In this document: positions 1 to 12,800 of the stretch, piece by piece
How the letters are laid out: the number at the start of each line of letters is the position of its first letter
Numbering within the stretch: the stretch's first letter is position 1
Origin: Anthoceros angustus
Taxonomy: Eukaryota > Plantae > Anthocerotophyta
Direction: 5' to 3'
NCBI GenBank assembly: GCA_010909165.1
Contig: VJWM01000063.1
Span: 620,001-684,000, forward strand
DNA length: 64,000 nt
Made by a program: the position numbers and the translations under genes
Notes under the pieces: model-generated
Told to the model about the DNA's origin: nothing
The model's database searches: none
The model's input: only the letters and a program-made list of their open reading frames with translations

Positions 1-1014
1 AACCCAGCATCTTCATTCTCTTCCTCTCACGGAATCATCAAAGGTTGGGGCCAAGGATGCCCACGGCATCAAAATGCCTGCTTTGTGGGCCCGGGTCTTT
101 CAGCGATGGCGGTAGGGGCGCCTTCACAATCCGTGTCGTTGTAGGAAGAAGTCCGTTCCCAAGGGAATGATAGGCTCGTTTACAGCGTTTGTGATTCTTA
201 CCGTCCTTAGCGCTCGTTCGGCCTCAACACACACATACTAACTACTCACAACGTTCACCGTCTGGGCCGGTATGGCCAAGCGTTTGAGACCCGTTCGGCG
301 TCGTATCGTTCACATCCGTCCCTCACATCGGTCCTTTCCTCTCTCCCCTCGCTACACTCTTGGTCTTAGAAAAGGCCAGATTCTGATCGGACCTCCTCGT
401 CGTTCATGGGCCTCTCCGTCCGGCTCTACCGCCCTCCGGAGTTCCTCCGGCTCACGTTCAGTCCGTTCGGTCGGCGCGGCTCGGGGCGAGCCGATCGATC
501 ACCCTTCCACACACACACACAGCGTTAGTCGTCACACGGGACCTTGATCAATCTCCCGGGCTCGTGCACCTTTCGGTGACTCGGGACTCACGTTAGCAAG
601 AAGACTCACAAAGGTGCAAAGCGGCATCAACACCAAGAGAAAGATGCTTTACTAGGCGACCTCGGCCCTCTTATCTGCGCCCAAGCGGCGTCTTTATTAC
701 CCCTATTACGTGCTTCGGTATACCCTAATCGGCCCTACCATCCTCCCCTATCTCCTTGCCGGCATTTGGGAAGGTCACAGGCCCGCCTCGGAATGGGTGG
801 TCAATCCCGTCACAGCGGTTGTGGTCGCAATCGGATGATCCGTGGCGGGCCTCCTCTCTCCGGAATCACAGCCGGGTTGGGCTCGTCGTCGACCCGCCGT
901 TACCACGTCATCCTCCCTGGCCTCCCCAGGTCGCCGGTGGGGCCACCTATCTGCTCCCCTAGCGTAAGTCGAAGGGGCTCCTCCTTCTTGCCGATCCGGT
1001 CCTCGAGGTCTGTC

Positions 1015-1175
1015 TCGACTCACAGACTTGAGTCCGGCTTATTCACAGGTCGGCCCTGGGTCACCTTGTCTGCAGGTCCGGACCTCGGTCGGACTTATTA
1101 GGGGTCCGGACTTGAGTCGGACTTATTAGTCCGGACTTGAGTCCTCCCTCTGAGGTCCGGACAAAGTCGGACTCC
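1015..1175. repeat. Array of short palindromic (A)GTCCGGAC(T)/GTCGGACT motifs in the LTR
   Basis: Repeated gtccggact, gtcggactt and gagtcc units. Equivalent arrays lie at ~10710-10870, ~22640-22845, ~39060-39210, ~44140-44285 and ~60035-60180. Confidence 0.85.
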
Positions 1176-1329
1176 ACCAGGTTTCCTCCCTCAGGACTCC
1201 TCAGTGGCTCTCCTCGAAGTCCTCCATTTCCCGATCGCCCGGTGACTCCCGTTGGCCCCTCCTTCCATGGTGAGGTGCGGGGTGCTTACCTCGATCGCAT
1301 CCGCTCCCTCGTTACGCTCCTCTGCTCCT

Positions 1330-3900
1330 CTCCGCGCTCCGTCATCTCAAGCAGGGGCCACTAGGGTCCCTGTCTTTGTCCCGTGGCCTTCATCTCCTTA
1401 GGCCTTCCGGTCCGTCCGTTTGCGGTGAGGGTTCTCGGAGCTCGGCGTGGTAATAGGCAAAGTCAGATCGACTTGTTGAATTGCCTCTTCCACGTGTGCG
1501 GGCACCGATACTCCCTCGCCATAAGTGTTGAGGGCGTCTTTGCTCGGCTTGTTGGGCCACCTCTCCCCAGTTGGTGGGCCGGTATCGCGAGGCTACAAGG
1601 CGGCCTCGGTCACCTCCTGCATTGCCCTGTTGCTCCACTCCGGCTCCGTCGTTTCCTCTCCATTGCCGACTTACCGCCATAGCGCGGCGTTCCCTTCCTT
1701 TCTCGGTGGACGGCTTCTTTTGCTTCCGTGCTCGCGCTCCTCCGTTCATTACGGCCTTTAGCTCATGACTCCCTCTCCAGGGTCGGATACCTCCGTCAGG
1801 CTCCGGACTTCCTCCGGCTCATGCAGCAGCAGCGTCCAACTCCTTGGATAGTCGCCGATTTTCCTCCGTCTTGAGAAGGAGGCACTCTATTTCGTGCTCG
1901 AGTCGTGGATTCTCGTTGAGAATCACTGCTCAAGCGCATCTTGGGTTGTAGCTCAGGCGTGTCCTTCTTCCTCCATCTGCGCCTCTCCCTTCCTGCGGGT
2001 AGATCTCTATCTCGTCGGCCTCCATCTCCTCCTTTGGCCTTGCACCGCTCCATGGCCTCGGTTAGCCTCGGTGCTGTGACTCTCTCCACGGTTCGATCCG
2101 TCTGTAGTGATCCCGGTCGCTCTTCTTGCGACTTGAGCTCGCCGCCTTTACGGCCGCCCTTGGCGCTCTGGCCGGGCCCTCCGCCAGTCCAGCTCTGCTT
2201 GTGCCGGGCCTCTTCCGCCTCTGCTGCGCTTCCCTCGCACCAAGGTCCTCCGCCCGCGCTTGGCCTCCCAGGCTTGCTTGGTGTTCATGGTGAAGAACCT
2301 TAACGGTCCTTGAACGCGGGCCTCGCGCTCACCGGCGTTTCCCTTCCTCGATCCGGCGAGGACTCCGCCTTTCCTTTGCCCCTGGGCCTTCACTTGCTCT
2401 TGGGTTCCACCATCCTCCTCGGGTGGCCTCCACTTCACAGGTCTTCTCATGTGCAGAGACCCCAAAGCATTCCGTCCATGGCAGTGGCAGGACTCGCCGT
2501 GTTTCTTCCACGGCCTGGTGAGGCCCCACAAAGTCCGTAGTGGAGCCGGCATTTCTCGATCCGGAGGACCTCCATCTGCATGATCGGGAGTAAGTCCTGG
2601 GTTCTCGGACCTAATCGGGACCCTCGGGTCACAGTGGTGGTCAGAGTCTCACCCTCTTTGGCCCTCTTGGCCTCTAACTCCTTTGTGCCCTCTTTCTCAC
2701 AGGGCTCGGAGGAGGTGAGGGGTCGGGGAGCTCTTTTGCCCCTTCACAGGGGGCAGGGGCCGGCTCGAGGTGGGGCTGCCGGTGACCTCCACCGCCCCCG
2801 TCCCTTCTCCTCCTTACGCCTCTTGACCTCTTGCCACTCAGGTGGCGGGGGTATCGGCACCTTCGAGGTCTTTGCGTTGGTAAGCGGCACCGTCTTCGCC
2901 TCTTGACTCCCGTTGAGTTCGTCGGGGCTCGGCGGTCGTGGTTGTTGGCTTTGTCTGCCGGTCTTGCCGCCCTCCGGCATCGGCTCCCTCCTGTCTTGCT
3001 GCTCGGAGGGCACCAAAAGGAGGAAGGGAATCGCCTCCCAAACTTCCACAGGTGGTGAGGGGTTCGCTCAGGGCGTATGGAGTCAGGAATCCCTCGTCGT
3101 CCTCCCGAGTCGCTTGGTCTTGAAGGGCGACCCCCACCTCAGGCGCCCTTGCGCTCTACCCGGCGGGGCCTCCGGCCCGGGCGCCCGCTCAAGCTCTCCC
3201 TCCCAGAGCTCGAAATGTCCCCATACATGAATCGGTGTAGGTCGGCCCCGATGGCGAGGCTTCGCTCCTTAGCTTGCGTGCCTCTGGCCCGCAGGCGAAG
3301 ATAATCCTTCCCGGTCCTCTTCCCCGGGCGCATGCGAGAATACCAAGTTATCACCAAGGTGATCCACCTTGGTGGCGAGTTCAATGGACAATGATCCGGG
3401 CTACCGCCCTTACTCGGATCCGGCGGATCGGATATCAACCATCCGTTGGTTGTCGCTGCGTTCGAGCCTCGGCGTGGTGGCCCTATCTTCCGCCTTAAGG
3501 GGCTCGGCACGCCCCTTCTTCCTCCTTGGGCGGTTGTAGGCCATCCTCAAGGTCCATCGCCTCGGGTCCTCCGGAGGTTCTTGGATCGGACCTCCTTGTT
3601 GATCGCGCCGGCATCTTCGGGCAAACTCCGGACTAGAGTATTGTCAAAGGTCCGACCATTTGGAACACGTCCATGCCACTCCCCAATTCCCTGCTTCCTC
3701 CGGCCGGGCCCGTCCGGATAGCGCGGGTCACAATGTTGCGCTCCACGGTCCATGGCTCCCAGACTTCCGGCTTTTGGGTGCCATTGCTTTCTCCTCCTCT
3801 TGTTCTTTGGCTGGCGTCCCAGCACGATGTTCCTCCTTGCGCGTTCGTTGCTCCAACCTTGATGCGTGCGCTCTAAAAGTGGGCGCCCAAAAGAGCCGGA
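1330..3900 (-). pseudogene. LTR(U3)-encoded long ORF of unknown function, 3' LTR copy (frameshifted, approximate ends)
   Basis: Peptides IELATKVDHLGDNLVFSHA (~3331-3390) and AHVEEAIQQVD.DFAYY (~1450-1497) are conserved, with synonymous or conservative changes, in the diverged solo LTRs. E/Q/R/A-rich helical C-terminal half. Confidence 0.65.
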
Positions 3901-4378
3901 TTGCGGGCGCAAGGCTATGATTATGCGGGCTGCGTGAGACCTCCCTCCTTGGCGCTTGTGGAAGGCGGAAGGCGCCTCTTCGTTGTCGTGCGCGAGTGCG
4001 CACTCGACCCTCGCTTACTCGGCCTTCGCGCGCCGGGCGTGAATACTGCCTCGCCTGCAGGTTACGGTCTGACCTCTGCATGCGACCTCCACTCGGGGCC
4101 GTCCGTGGCGCCGCCTCGTGCATCCTCACGCCTCGCTCCTAGGTTACTTTCACTGGCGTACTTATCCTATTTTGACTGGGTGGGTTCGGACTTATCCGTT
4201 ACTCGGCGTGGTCGGGGCTTGCCATAGTGGTCAGGGGTCCGTTGTTCACTCCGAGTCGGAGTATACTCCGAGCCTCGTCCGGCGCTACCCCAATTTATTC
4301 CTCCTTTTCCGCCTTATTTATCCTTCAATCCTAAAAAGCGAAACCCTACTTATTTAACTCCCGAGTGCATAGCCCACA

Positions 4379-4390
4379 TACTCCCTTCTC
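4379..4390 (-). promoter_or_regulatory. Polypurine tract (PPT)
   Basis: The minus strand reads GAGAAGGGAGTA immediately before the TGTGGG start of the 3' LTR. Confidence 0.8.
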
Positions 4391-7300
4391 ATCATTGGCG
4401 TCTCGCCAACACTATACTTCTTCACCACCCGTTTCACCCGAGTGGGCGACTCTCCATCTAGCGTGGCGGACCCGTTGTCATATACTTGCACCACTTGATG
4501 CGGACCCATCCATCTCGGTGAAGTTTGCACGGAAAATGCATGTATGACTATCATAAAGGAGGGCGGTCCCTTCCTTTACATACTCTGATTCCATGATCGT
4601 GATCGTGCCAAATCTTTTGGTTTTACCAGCTGCATCTTGGTGAGCTTCTTCTGTCCTCATGTCTTTGAACAAACCCCAAAGTCGCTCGTGGCTTTCCTCC
4701 TCTGTGTCTCCCTTCCATCATTACTCGAAAAGTGGGCACTTCAAACTCTCGGCATTACGGGAGAGTGTCGTAGGTCAAGTAAGGGTCCGTTGTGTGGTCA
4801 CCTTCTCTGCTGTCCGGGCATACAGTCGGATGGCGGCTTAGTATCCGATCATGGGCGTAGTTCCTTGAGTTTATTCGAATCCTGCGGATGAGCCCATTTG
4901 TCTTCTCTGTCACCCATTGGCCTTAGGATTGTAGGGTGCCGTCTTGCGATGATTGATGCGAAAAATCTGTCATGGCACCACATCATTAAGGAAATGGGTT
5001 CCCCTATCACTTACCAAGCTACGGACATCCGTGCGGGTTATGATGTTCTCGTCACGAATTTGGCCACGGTATTTGAGTCCGTTCTTGTCGCCGCCTCTAC
5101 CCACAGTGCGGTGGTCGTTGCCACGGGATGTATCTCCTTTGTGTGTGTCTTGTCGTGGTGTATGGGTCCAACAAAGTCAATACCCCACTTTTGAAGGTGC
5201 GGTGCCAATATCGGTACTAGCGGCCCTTTGTGTCGTCGGGGTTGGCTTTCCGATCCGTGACAAGCATCACACTTCTTAAGCGGTGGGTGTCCCCATACAT
5301 TGTTGGCCACGATCCGCTTCAAAATCTTTTGGTGGTGACTGTCTTTTTAGTGTCCTCCCCAATCCTTCGTGCATTCCCAGCAGCTCCTGTCTGCGGTTGC
5401 AAGTACCTTCTACTCCGTCCCCTAATTTGAACACACACCGTTGTACATTACGAAGGGTCGAGCATAGTGCACGAATGCCTCCCTCCACAGTCGATTTTGG
5501 GAAGCTCCATTCCCGTGCGCTCCTTTCTTCGTGGGTCGGACGGTGAGACCCTCCCTTCACGCTAAGGCTGCGGTTCTCGTAGCTTGGGGTTGGTCTGGGC
5601 TCCTCCGGTTGTACTTACTGCGGCAACCAATGTCTCATCCGGAGCGCATCTTCACGATCTCTCAACACTGCTCTGTTTTCAATCGTGAAATGCATTTTGG
5701 TCTTTGTCTTGTTTCCACGTGAACTCCTGCGGCAACAATATCCACCTTGCTATCCGTCCGGACAGTCCGCCTTATTCACGGATGCTTGATGCAAAGTGGT
5801 CTACATAGAACACAAACTCCTGTAGTAGTAGTGTCGAATTTCTTGGCATATACCATACCCGGTGCTTGGCTCTGTAGTTGTGTATTTTCGTTCGCGTGGG
5901 TGGTGTCGTCCGGTAGTATACGGGATAATCCACGCTTTGTCATCTCGGCACTACTCCGATAGCAAAGCGGACATCTACATACACATTTGCTCATCCGGTC
6001 CTCTTAGGGCGGTGCTTACCAAGGTGTTACATAAATCCGAAGGCCTCCTCTCGCTCCACGTGACCCGGTCCAAACCTCCTCCTTCATGATGGTTACACAA
6101 GCGCCCTCTTAAAGTCCTTAATAAACCGTGGTATCCCACCATTCGAAACCTCTCGGCTCCTTTAGGTTCGTGTGGTGGAGGCGGATGACCGGACCTTGTC
6201 TGGTCCACCTCGATTCCAGTGTCCGAAAGATTCCCTCCGTCATTCCAAAGTAGCATTTCTCGGGTGTAGGCTCAATTGAGTCTCCGGCTCAAGCACCTTC
6301 TTAGATGCCCAAGGTGTTTGTCCTGCTCCCCATGCACACAAAATCATCCAGAATATCTCCATGAAGTCCCTCGAAGTCACGGAAGGCGTTGGTCACCATT
6401 GCATGAGCGACCACAGGCGCTCGGTCATCCCAAAGGCACTTCTCTTGTAGGCAAGCGTACACTCCGTAGTGAAGGTCGTCTTGTCGGTCAGACTCCCTTA
6501 GGTGCAATTGGTTATATCCGGAGTAGCCATCCGGAAGGAGTAAGTAGTCCGTCCACCACCTTGTCAAAATGTCGTCTCTGAATGGCATCGGAAGTGGTCC
6601 TTCTCGTTCGTTGAGCTTCCTCCAATCTTGGCATACCGAATTTGTCTGGTTTCTTGGGAACCACCACAATCGGTAGCGACCCACTTTATTGTGATGGGGA
6701 AAATGATGTCTGCCTCCGGTACTTATCAAGGACCTCCTTCACCTTGATCGAATACTTGGGGTTGAGCTTGTATTGTCCAGTTGATGGCACCGCTCGGCAA
6801 ATCGATCTTATGCTCTCCCACTTCTTGAATGCCCTTCATGTCCGTGACCTTGAGCGAACACCTCATAAAACTCCCAGCTTTAGTCCTTCCTTGGTCAGGA
6901 GGCATGCCTTTCTTAAACTTGAATTTGCTGGCGGACCTCCACTTCTTCCACGTCGTCCGGGTTCACCGTCTCCGTTCGTCTTTGCCTCATTGCGTCAAAC
7001 CCTCGTCCTCCTCTCGGGATCGTCCTCTCGCATCCCCATTCTCTGAAGAGCTCGTCGGAGGTGAATCGTGTTACTCCTTGATGTCACTTTTCCTTGGTCA
7101 CTCTTGTTTCTCTCCCCTTGTCTTTGGTCCGACCTCCTCTTCACTTCCTTCCTCCGGCCCGTTGTGGCGTTTGAAAACAATCAACCACTTCGCCAAAGGC
7201 ATCCAGTAGTCCATCTCCTCCTCGGACCCGGATCTTGGCGAAAGTCGCCTCCTCGGAGCTATCTTGTTTCGCCCATTGGAGTCCTCAGAGGTATACCCGG

Positions 7301-7841
7301 TAGTGCTCACGGTTTCCCCACAATAGGTGTCCTTGCTCCGGTGATAGCAACCCTCCTTCTTAGGGTCCCAGTCCACGGCTTGAAGTGAATCTCCTTCCTT
7401 CCAAAGTGTAGCTTTATGCAGGCCAACGACCATGGCCCAACACCTCATACCCTAATGGTCCCGGTTTGATCACAACAAAATCCGGTTTGTAGGGTGCCGG
7501 CTATGGTGGCCAAGACTCGGTTAACTCCCGGATCTCTTCTTGACATATACGCCATTCTCGAGTCTTCGTTGAGGTTGAAGGATGTGAAGCCCAATTTTCG
7601 TGGCTTGTGATGAGGTTGACTCGGACCCGTGTCAGCAGTACATCCTTGATGATACATCCAATCTCCACTTTGGCCCACAGGTCGTATGGGACACCACCCT
7701 CACTTCCATGCTACCCTTCACGGCTTTGGTGCTCATGGGGGTTTCCTAACGGCCAGCCGGACCTCTTGTCGGTATTTGGGTTATCCTCGGTATCGAAAGG
7801 ACACAAGGTGCTGATTCATCATCGGTCACATTAAAAGGCTT
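4391..7841 (-). pseudogene. pol: pol polyprotein: protease, RT, RNase H, integrase (frameshifted)
   Basis: Protease IIKDVL(L)DTG ~7620-7670. RT KLN..PMPFRDDIL, DGYSGYNQ and ILDDF at ~6300-6700. RNase H GMVYAKKF at ~5840. Integrase CDAC and QKWGIDFVGPI (~5160-5280). Terminal WMGPHQVVQVYDNGSATL GPY/F motif at ~4460-4515. No chromodomain. Confidence 0.92.
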
Positions 7842-9780
7842 CTACCCCAATCGAGGATCCTGCTGCGTCCTCATCCTCTCCCGGTCACTTGTTACGGTAT
7901 TCTCCGGATGCTTGCGCATTTCCTCCTGCAACATCTCGGTCACCTCCGGACTACGTCCGTGGAAGCTAACGTCGTGTCGCGGGAGGCCGTTCTTCTCTGT
8001 CGGAGAACTTCCTTGGGTAATCCCTCCGTGAGCTGCCGTCCAGCCCTCCTTCATCGGTCGGATCCTCTGCTTTGGTATTTCCGTTTGATTGCCTTCCTCG
8101 GCGTCGTGGCCTTCCTCGATCTTGTTCTTCTGGCGCCTTTCTCGTCGCTCCTTCCTTGACTCGGTAGACACCTCAAGATTTCCACGACTCCCTTCCTTTC
8201 CACCCCACCGTACCTTCTTGTTCTTTTCCATCTCGCGTACCTCAGAATCTCTTCCCACTCCATGAGCATCTTGACTTGTCAGTACGGTCTTAGGAGGTGG
8301 CGTTGGTGGTCGGGGTTCTCCGCTTGGTGTGGCATATCGTCCGTCCTTGCGGGGTTGGGACATAGCGTCTTGCCATCTTGCTGCGATCGCCCTGTAGCTC
8401 GAAGTCCCCATTACCACCTGCCTCGTTGCGGACAGCGTTGGAGTAATGGCGGATTCCAGTTCCAACGGACCACGGCCGTCGGAGGATACGAAGGGCTCCC
8501 ATGCGGTCTTTGCATCGGTGGGGCCCGTTGTGATGGACCTCCGGTTGGCGGATACATGGTTTTGGGATATCGCGGCCCGGAGGGCTTCACATGCACGATA
8601 GGCCTCTTCCCATTGCTCCTCGGCCTCCTCCTCGTATTCGTAGTCCACTTGATGCACCGGCCTTGAGGCGGTTGGACTTCGAATGGCGTGTTCTTGGCAC
8701 ACGGATCGTTCGCCGTGGTCGGTGTTTTCCGCGCTCTCGGTCCTTAACACAGTTTATCGCGGGTCCTCTACTCTCTTTATCACTTTTCCGGTCCTCCGGA
8801 CACTGCTACCTCCTTTGAGTCGGGTCCGTGAGCTTCTCGGACCGGTCTTGGTGTCACCACCTCCTTCTTACCACCACTTCTTTTTAGCGGGGCTTCTTGC
8901 TCTTCTTCTTGCGGGATACTCTTCCTCGCTAGAGACCTCCGTCTCTTCTTGGACTGCTCCTCCTCAGACACCTCGATTGGTCTTCCTCCTCCTCGAAGAC
9001 TCTTCCTCCTCAGTCGAACCCGTTTCTTCTTCTTCTTCTTGCCTCCTTGATTTCTTTATCCTCGATGTAGCGATTCCTCGTAGTTTTCGGCCGCTCGACC
9101 GCCTTGCCCACGTCCTTCTCGGCGGCGGCGTGCGGCCATGGGTTTGGCTAGACCGGCGCGAACCACCGTCGCTTGCATCGTGGTATGGGTTGGATCCTGC
9201 GATCCCTCGGGCATAGAACCGCTCGATGTCTGAGCCCGGCTTCTCCTTCTTCCCTCGCTTGATTTTCCAACTTTGATAATACATACCCCTCACAGTGATC
9301 CTCGAAACCGTTCTAAGAAGGCATTTTCAAAGCTTCAAGCGAGGCGGGTGGGGCATTCTCCGGTGGTCGGTACTTTCTCCGATACCATTGAGCGGTTCCT
9401 CGGAGAACCCCTTGGAAAATTTGGATGAGCTGTCGACTCCCTCTCCGTTGAAGTTGGCTTTGGACATGAAGTCCTCCACAAAGGTCTCGCATCCGCTCCT
9501 TCTTCCCTCCGAATATAGATGCGCTTGTTTGGTCGGTAGGGGCCATGGCTGCGCCATCGATTGGGTTAGGCGTGTCCTACCTTCTTCCGTTGGCGTCCCT
9601 TGTACCCGTGCTGTCTTGGTCGAAATTCGACCACGTTCTCCCTCCTCGATCGGCGGTGCTCTCTCGTTGGGTTTGGCGTCTCTCTCTCCACTCGGAGAGC
9701 ACACGAGGTGACCACGTCCGATCCTCTGACAGTTCACTCTTGGACCGTCGCTCGACCGCCACGCATTCACTTACCTTCTC
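7842..9780 (-). pseudogene. gag: gag (frameshifted)
   Basis: Lies directly after the PBS. Shows an EAL.NAFLERFR-like capsid motif near 9301-9336, a degenerate zinc-knuckle-like (S)VCQE..H near 8670-8710, and a long basic/acidic ORF at 7842-8750. Confidence 0.7.
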
Positions 9781-9810
9781 TTCCTAAGGGGCGCACTGCA
9801 CCACGATTTC

Positions 9811-9824
9811 ATTCCCGGGCGCCA
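9811..9824 (-). promoter_or_regulatory. Primer-binding site (PBS)
   Basis: The minus strand reads TTT-TGGCGCCCGGGAAT directly after the 5' LTR end. A TGGCGCC start is typical of non-chromoviral gypsy PBSs. The tRNA identity was not determined. Confidence 0.8.
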
Positions 9825-9827
9825 AAA

Positions 9828-12800
9828 TGTGGCGGGACTTTTGATGGCCGGCGGTAGCGCACAATCCGTGTCGTTGTAGGAAGAAGTCCGTTCCCAAAGG
9901 GAATGATAGGCCCGTTTAGCGTTTGGTGATTCTTACCTTAGCGCTCGTTCGGTCTCACACATACTCCTAACTACTCTGGCGTTCACCGTGAGGCCGGTAT
10001 GGCCAAGCGTTTAAGACCCGTTCGCGTCCGTATCGTTCACATACATCCTCACGCATCAGTCCTTTCCTCTCTCCCTCACGCTACACTCTTGATCTTAGAA
10101 AAAGGCAGGTTCTGGACCTCCTCGTCGTTCGCGGGCCTCTCCGTCCGGGCTCTACACGCCCTCCGTTCCTCGGCTCCGTTCAGTCGTTCGGTCGGGTGGC
10201 TCGGGGCGAGCAGTCACCTCACCCTTCCACACACACCACAGCGTTAAGTCCGTCACGGGACCTTGATCAATCTCCCGGTCGTGCACCTTTCGGTGACTCG
10301 GGACTCACGTTAAGAAGACTCAAAGGTGCAGAGCGGCATCAACACCAGAAAGATGCTTTACTAGGCCTCGGCCCCTCTTATCTGCGCCCAAGGTTTATTA
10401 CACCCCTATTACGGTGAGCCATTTCGGTATACCCTAATCGGCCGCCTACCATCCCCCTATCTCCTTCGCCCAGTGGGAAGGTCTGAGCCCTCGGAATGGG
10501 TGGTCAATCCCGTCAGCGGTTGTGCGCAATCGGATGATCCGTGAGGCCCTCCTCTCTCCGGAATCACATCGGGTTGGGCTCACGGCGGTGCCGTTACCAC
10601 GGCGTCATCCTCCCTGGCCTCACAGGTCCTTGGCGGTGGGGCCACCTATCTCTCCCCTAAGCGTAAGTCGAAGGGGCTCCTCCTTCTTGCCGCCGGTCCT
10701 CGAGGTCTGTCTCGACTCACGAACAGTCGGCTTATTCTGAGTCCGTGGCTAGGTCAGGCCTTGTCTGCAGGGGTCCGGACCTCGGTCGGACTTATTCGGT
10801 CGGACTTGAGTCCGGACTTGTCCGGACTTGACTTGGTCGGCCTCCCTCTGAGTCCGGACAAAGTCGGACTCACGCCCACCGGGTTTCCTCCCTCACGGGA
10901 CTCCTCAGTGGCTCTCCTCAGTCCTCCAGCTGATCTCCGGTGACTCCTTCGTTGGCCCTCCTTCCATGGTGAGGGTCGGTGCTTACCTCGATCGCATCCG
11001 CTCCCTCGTTCGCTCCTCATTGCTCCTCTCCGCTCCGTCATCTCAAGCAGGGGCCACTAGGGTCCTGTCTTTGTCCCCGTGGCCTTCATCTCCAGGCCTT
11101 CCGGTCGTCCGTTTCTGGTGGTGAGGCTTCTCGCCCGAGCTCGGTGGTAATAGGCAAAGTGGATCGACTTGTTGAATTGCCTCTTCCACGTGTGCGGGGC
11201 ACCGATACTCCCTCCGCCATAAGTGTTAGGTGGGCGTCTTTGCCGGCTTGTTGGGCCACCTCTCCGCGGTTGGTGGGGCCGGTATCACGTACAACGGCCT
11301 CGGTCACCTCCTGCTGCAGTTGCTCACTTTGCTCCGGCTCCGTCGTTTCCTCTCCATTGCCGCTTACCGCCATGGCGGTTCCCTTCCGCCTTTCTCTGGA
11401 CCGGGCTTCTTTTACTTCCGGTGCTCGCGCTCCTCGTTCATTACGGCCTTTAGCTCATGACTCCCTCTCCAGTGATCGGATACCTCCGTCCAGGCTCGGA
11501 CTTCCTCCGGCTCATACAGCAGCAGCGTCCAACTCCTTGGATAGTCGCGATTTTCCTCCGTCTTGAGGGGCGGCACTCTATTTCGTGCTCGGTCGTGGAT
11601 TCTCGTTGAGAATCACTGCTGCTCAAGCGCATCTTGGGTTGTAGCTCCGTGTCCTTCTTGTCCTCCATCTGCTGCGCCTCTCCTCTACTTCCTGCGGTGT
11701 ACTCGGAGATCTCCTATCTCCCGAGTCTCTCCATCTCCTCCTTCTGGCCTGCACTCCATAGCCCTTTGTGCGGCCTTGAGTTAGCCTCGGTCACTGCTGT
11801 GACTCTCTCCACGGTTCGATCCGTCATAGTGATCCGGTCGCTCTCTTGCCGGCTCAGGCTCCGCGCCTTTACAGGCCTCGCCCTTGGCCTCTGGCGGGCC
11901 GCCTCCGGGTCCAGCTCTCTGCTTGTGCCGGGCCTCTTCCGCCTCTGCTGCGCTTCCCCTTCGCTGCAAGGTCCTCCGCTTGGGCCTCCCAGGCTTGCTT
12001 GTTTACTGTGAAGAACCTTAACCCGATCTGGCGCGCCTCGCTCCGCCCTTCCTCGATCCGAGGGACTCCGCCTTTTCCTTTGCCCCTGGCCGCCTTCACT
12101 TGCTCTTGGGTTCCACCATCCTCCTCGGGTGGCCTCCACTTCACAGGTCTTCTCTGCCACGAGACCCCAAAGCATTCCGTCCATGGCGGTAGCAGGACTT
12201 GTGTTTCTTCCACGGCCAGTGAGGCCCCACAAAGTCCGTAGTGGAGCCGGCATTTCTCGATCCGAGGACCTCCATACCGATCCGGAGTAAGTCGGGTGGG
12301 TTCTCGGACCTAATCGGGACCCTCGGGTCACAGAGTGGTGGTCAGTCTCACCCTCTTGGCCCTCTTGGCCTCTAACTCCTTTGTGCCCTCTTTCTCCAGG
12401 GCTCGGAGGAGGTGAGGGGTCGGGAGCAAGCTCTTTTGCCCCTTCACAGCCGGGGCAGGCCGGCTCGAGGTGGGCTGCCCGGTGACCTCCTTGGGCCACG
12501 TCCCTTCGCCCTCCTTCGCCTCTTGACCTCTTGCCACTCCGTGGGCGGGGTAAGTAAGCACCTTGAGGTCTGCGTTGGTAAGCGGCACCGTCTTCCGCCT
12601 CTTGGCTCCCGTTGAGTTCGTCGGGGCTCGGCGGCGTCGTGGTTGTTGGGCTCATTGCCGGTGCGGGCCAGCGCCCTCGGCATCGCTCCCTCACTGTCTT
12701 GCTCGGAGGGCACCAAAAGGAGGAAGGGAATCTCCTCCCAAACTTCACAGGTGGTGAGGGGTTCGCTCACGTATGGAGTCAGGAATCCTCCCGATCGTCC

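Larger units (their letters stand above)
84..4378 (-). repeat. 3' LTR (~4.3 kb)
   Basis: Collinear with 9828-14105 throughout. Starts tgtgg at 84, ends cccaca at 4378, and is adjacent to the PPT. Confidence 0.93.

Noticed and set aside
11714-12748. 344-aa ORF and many other R/G/P/S-rich ORFs in LTR DNA as standalone genes
   Set aside because: Not preserved in frame between LTR copies. They are frameshift mosaics of the U3 ORF or chance open frames in GC-rich sequence.
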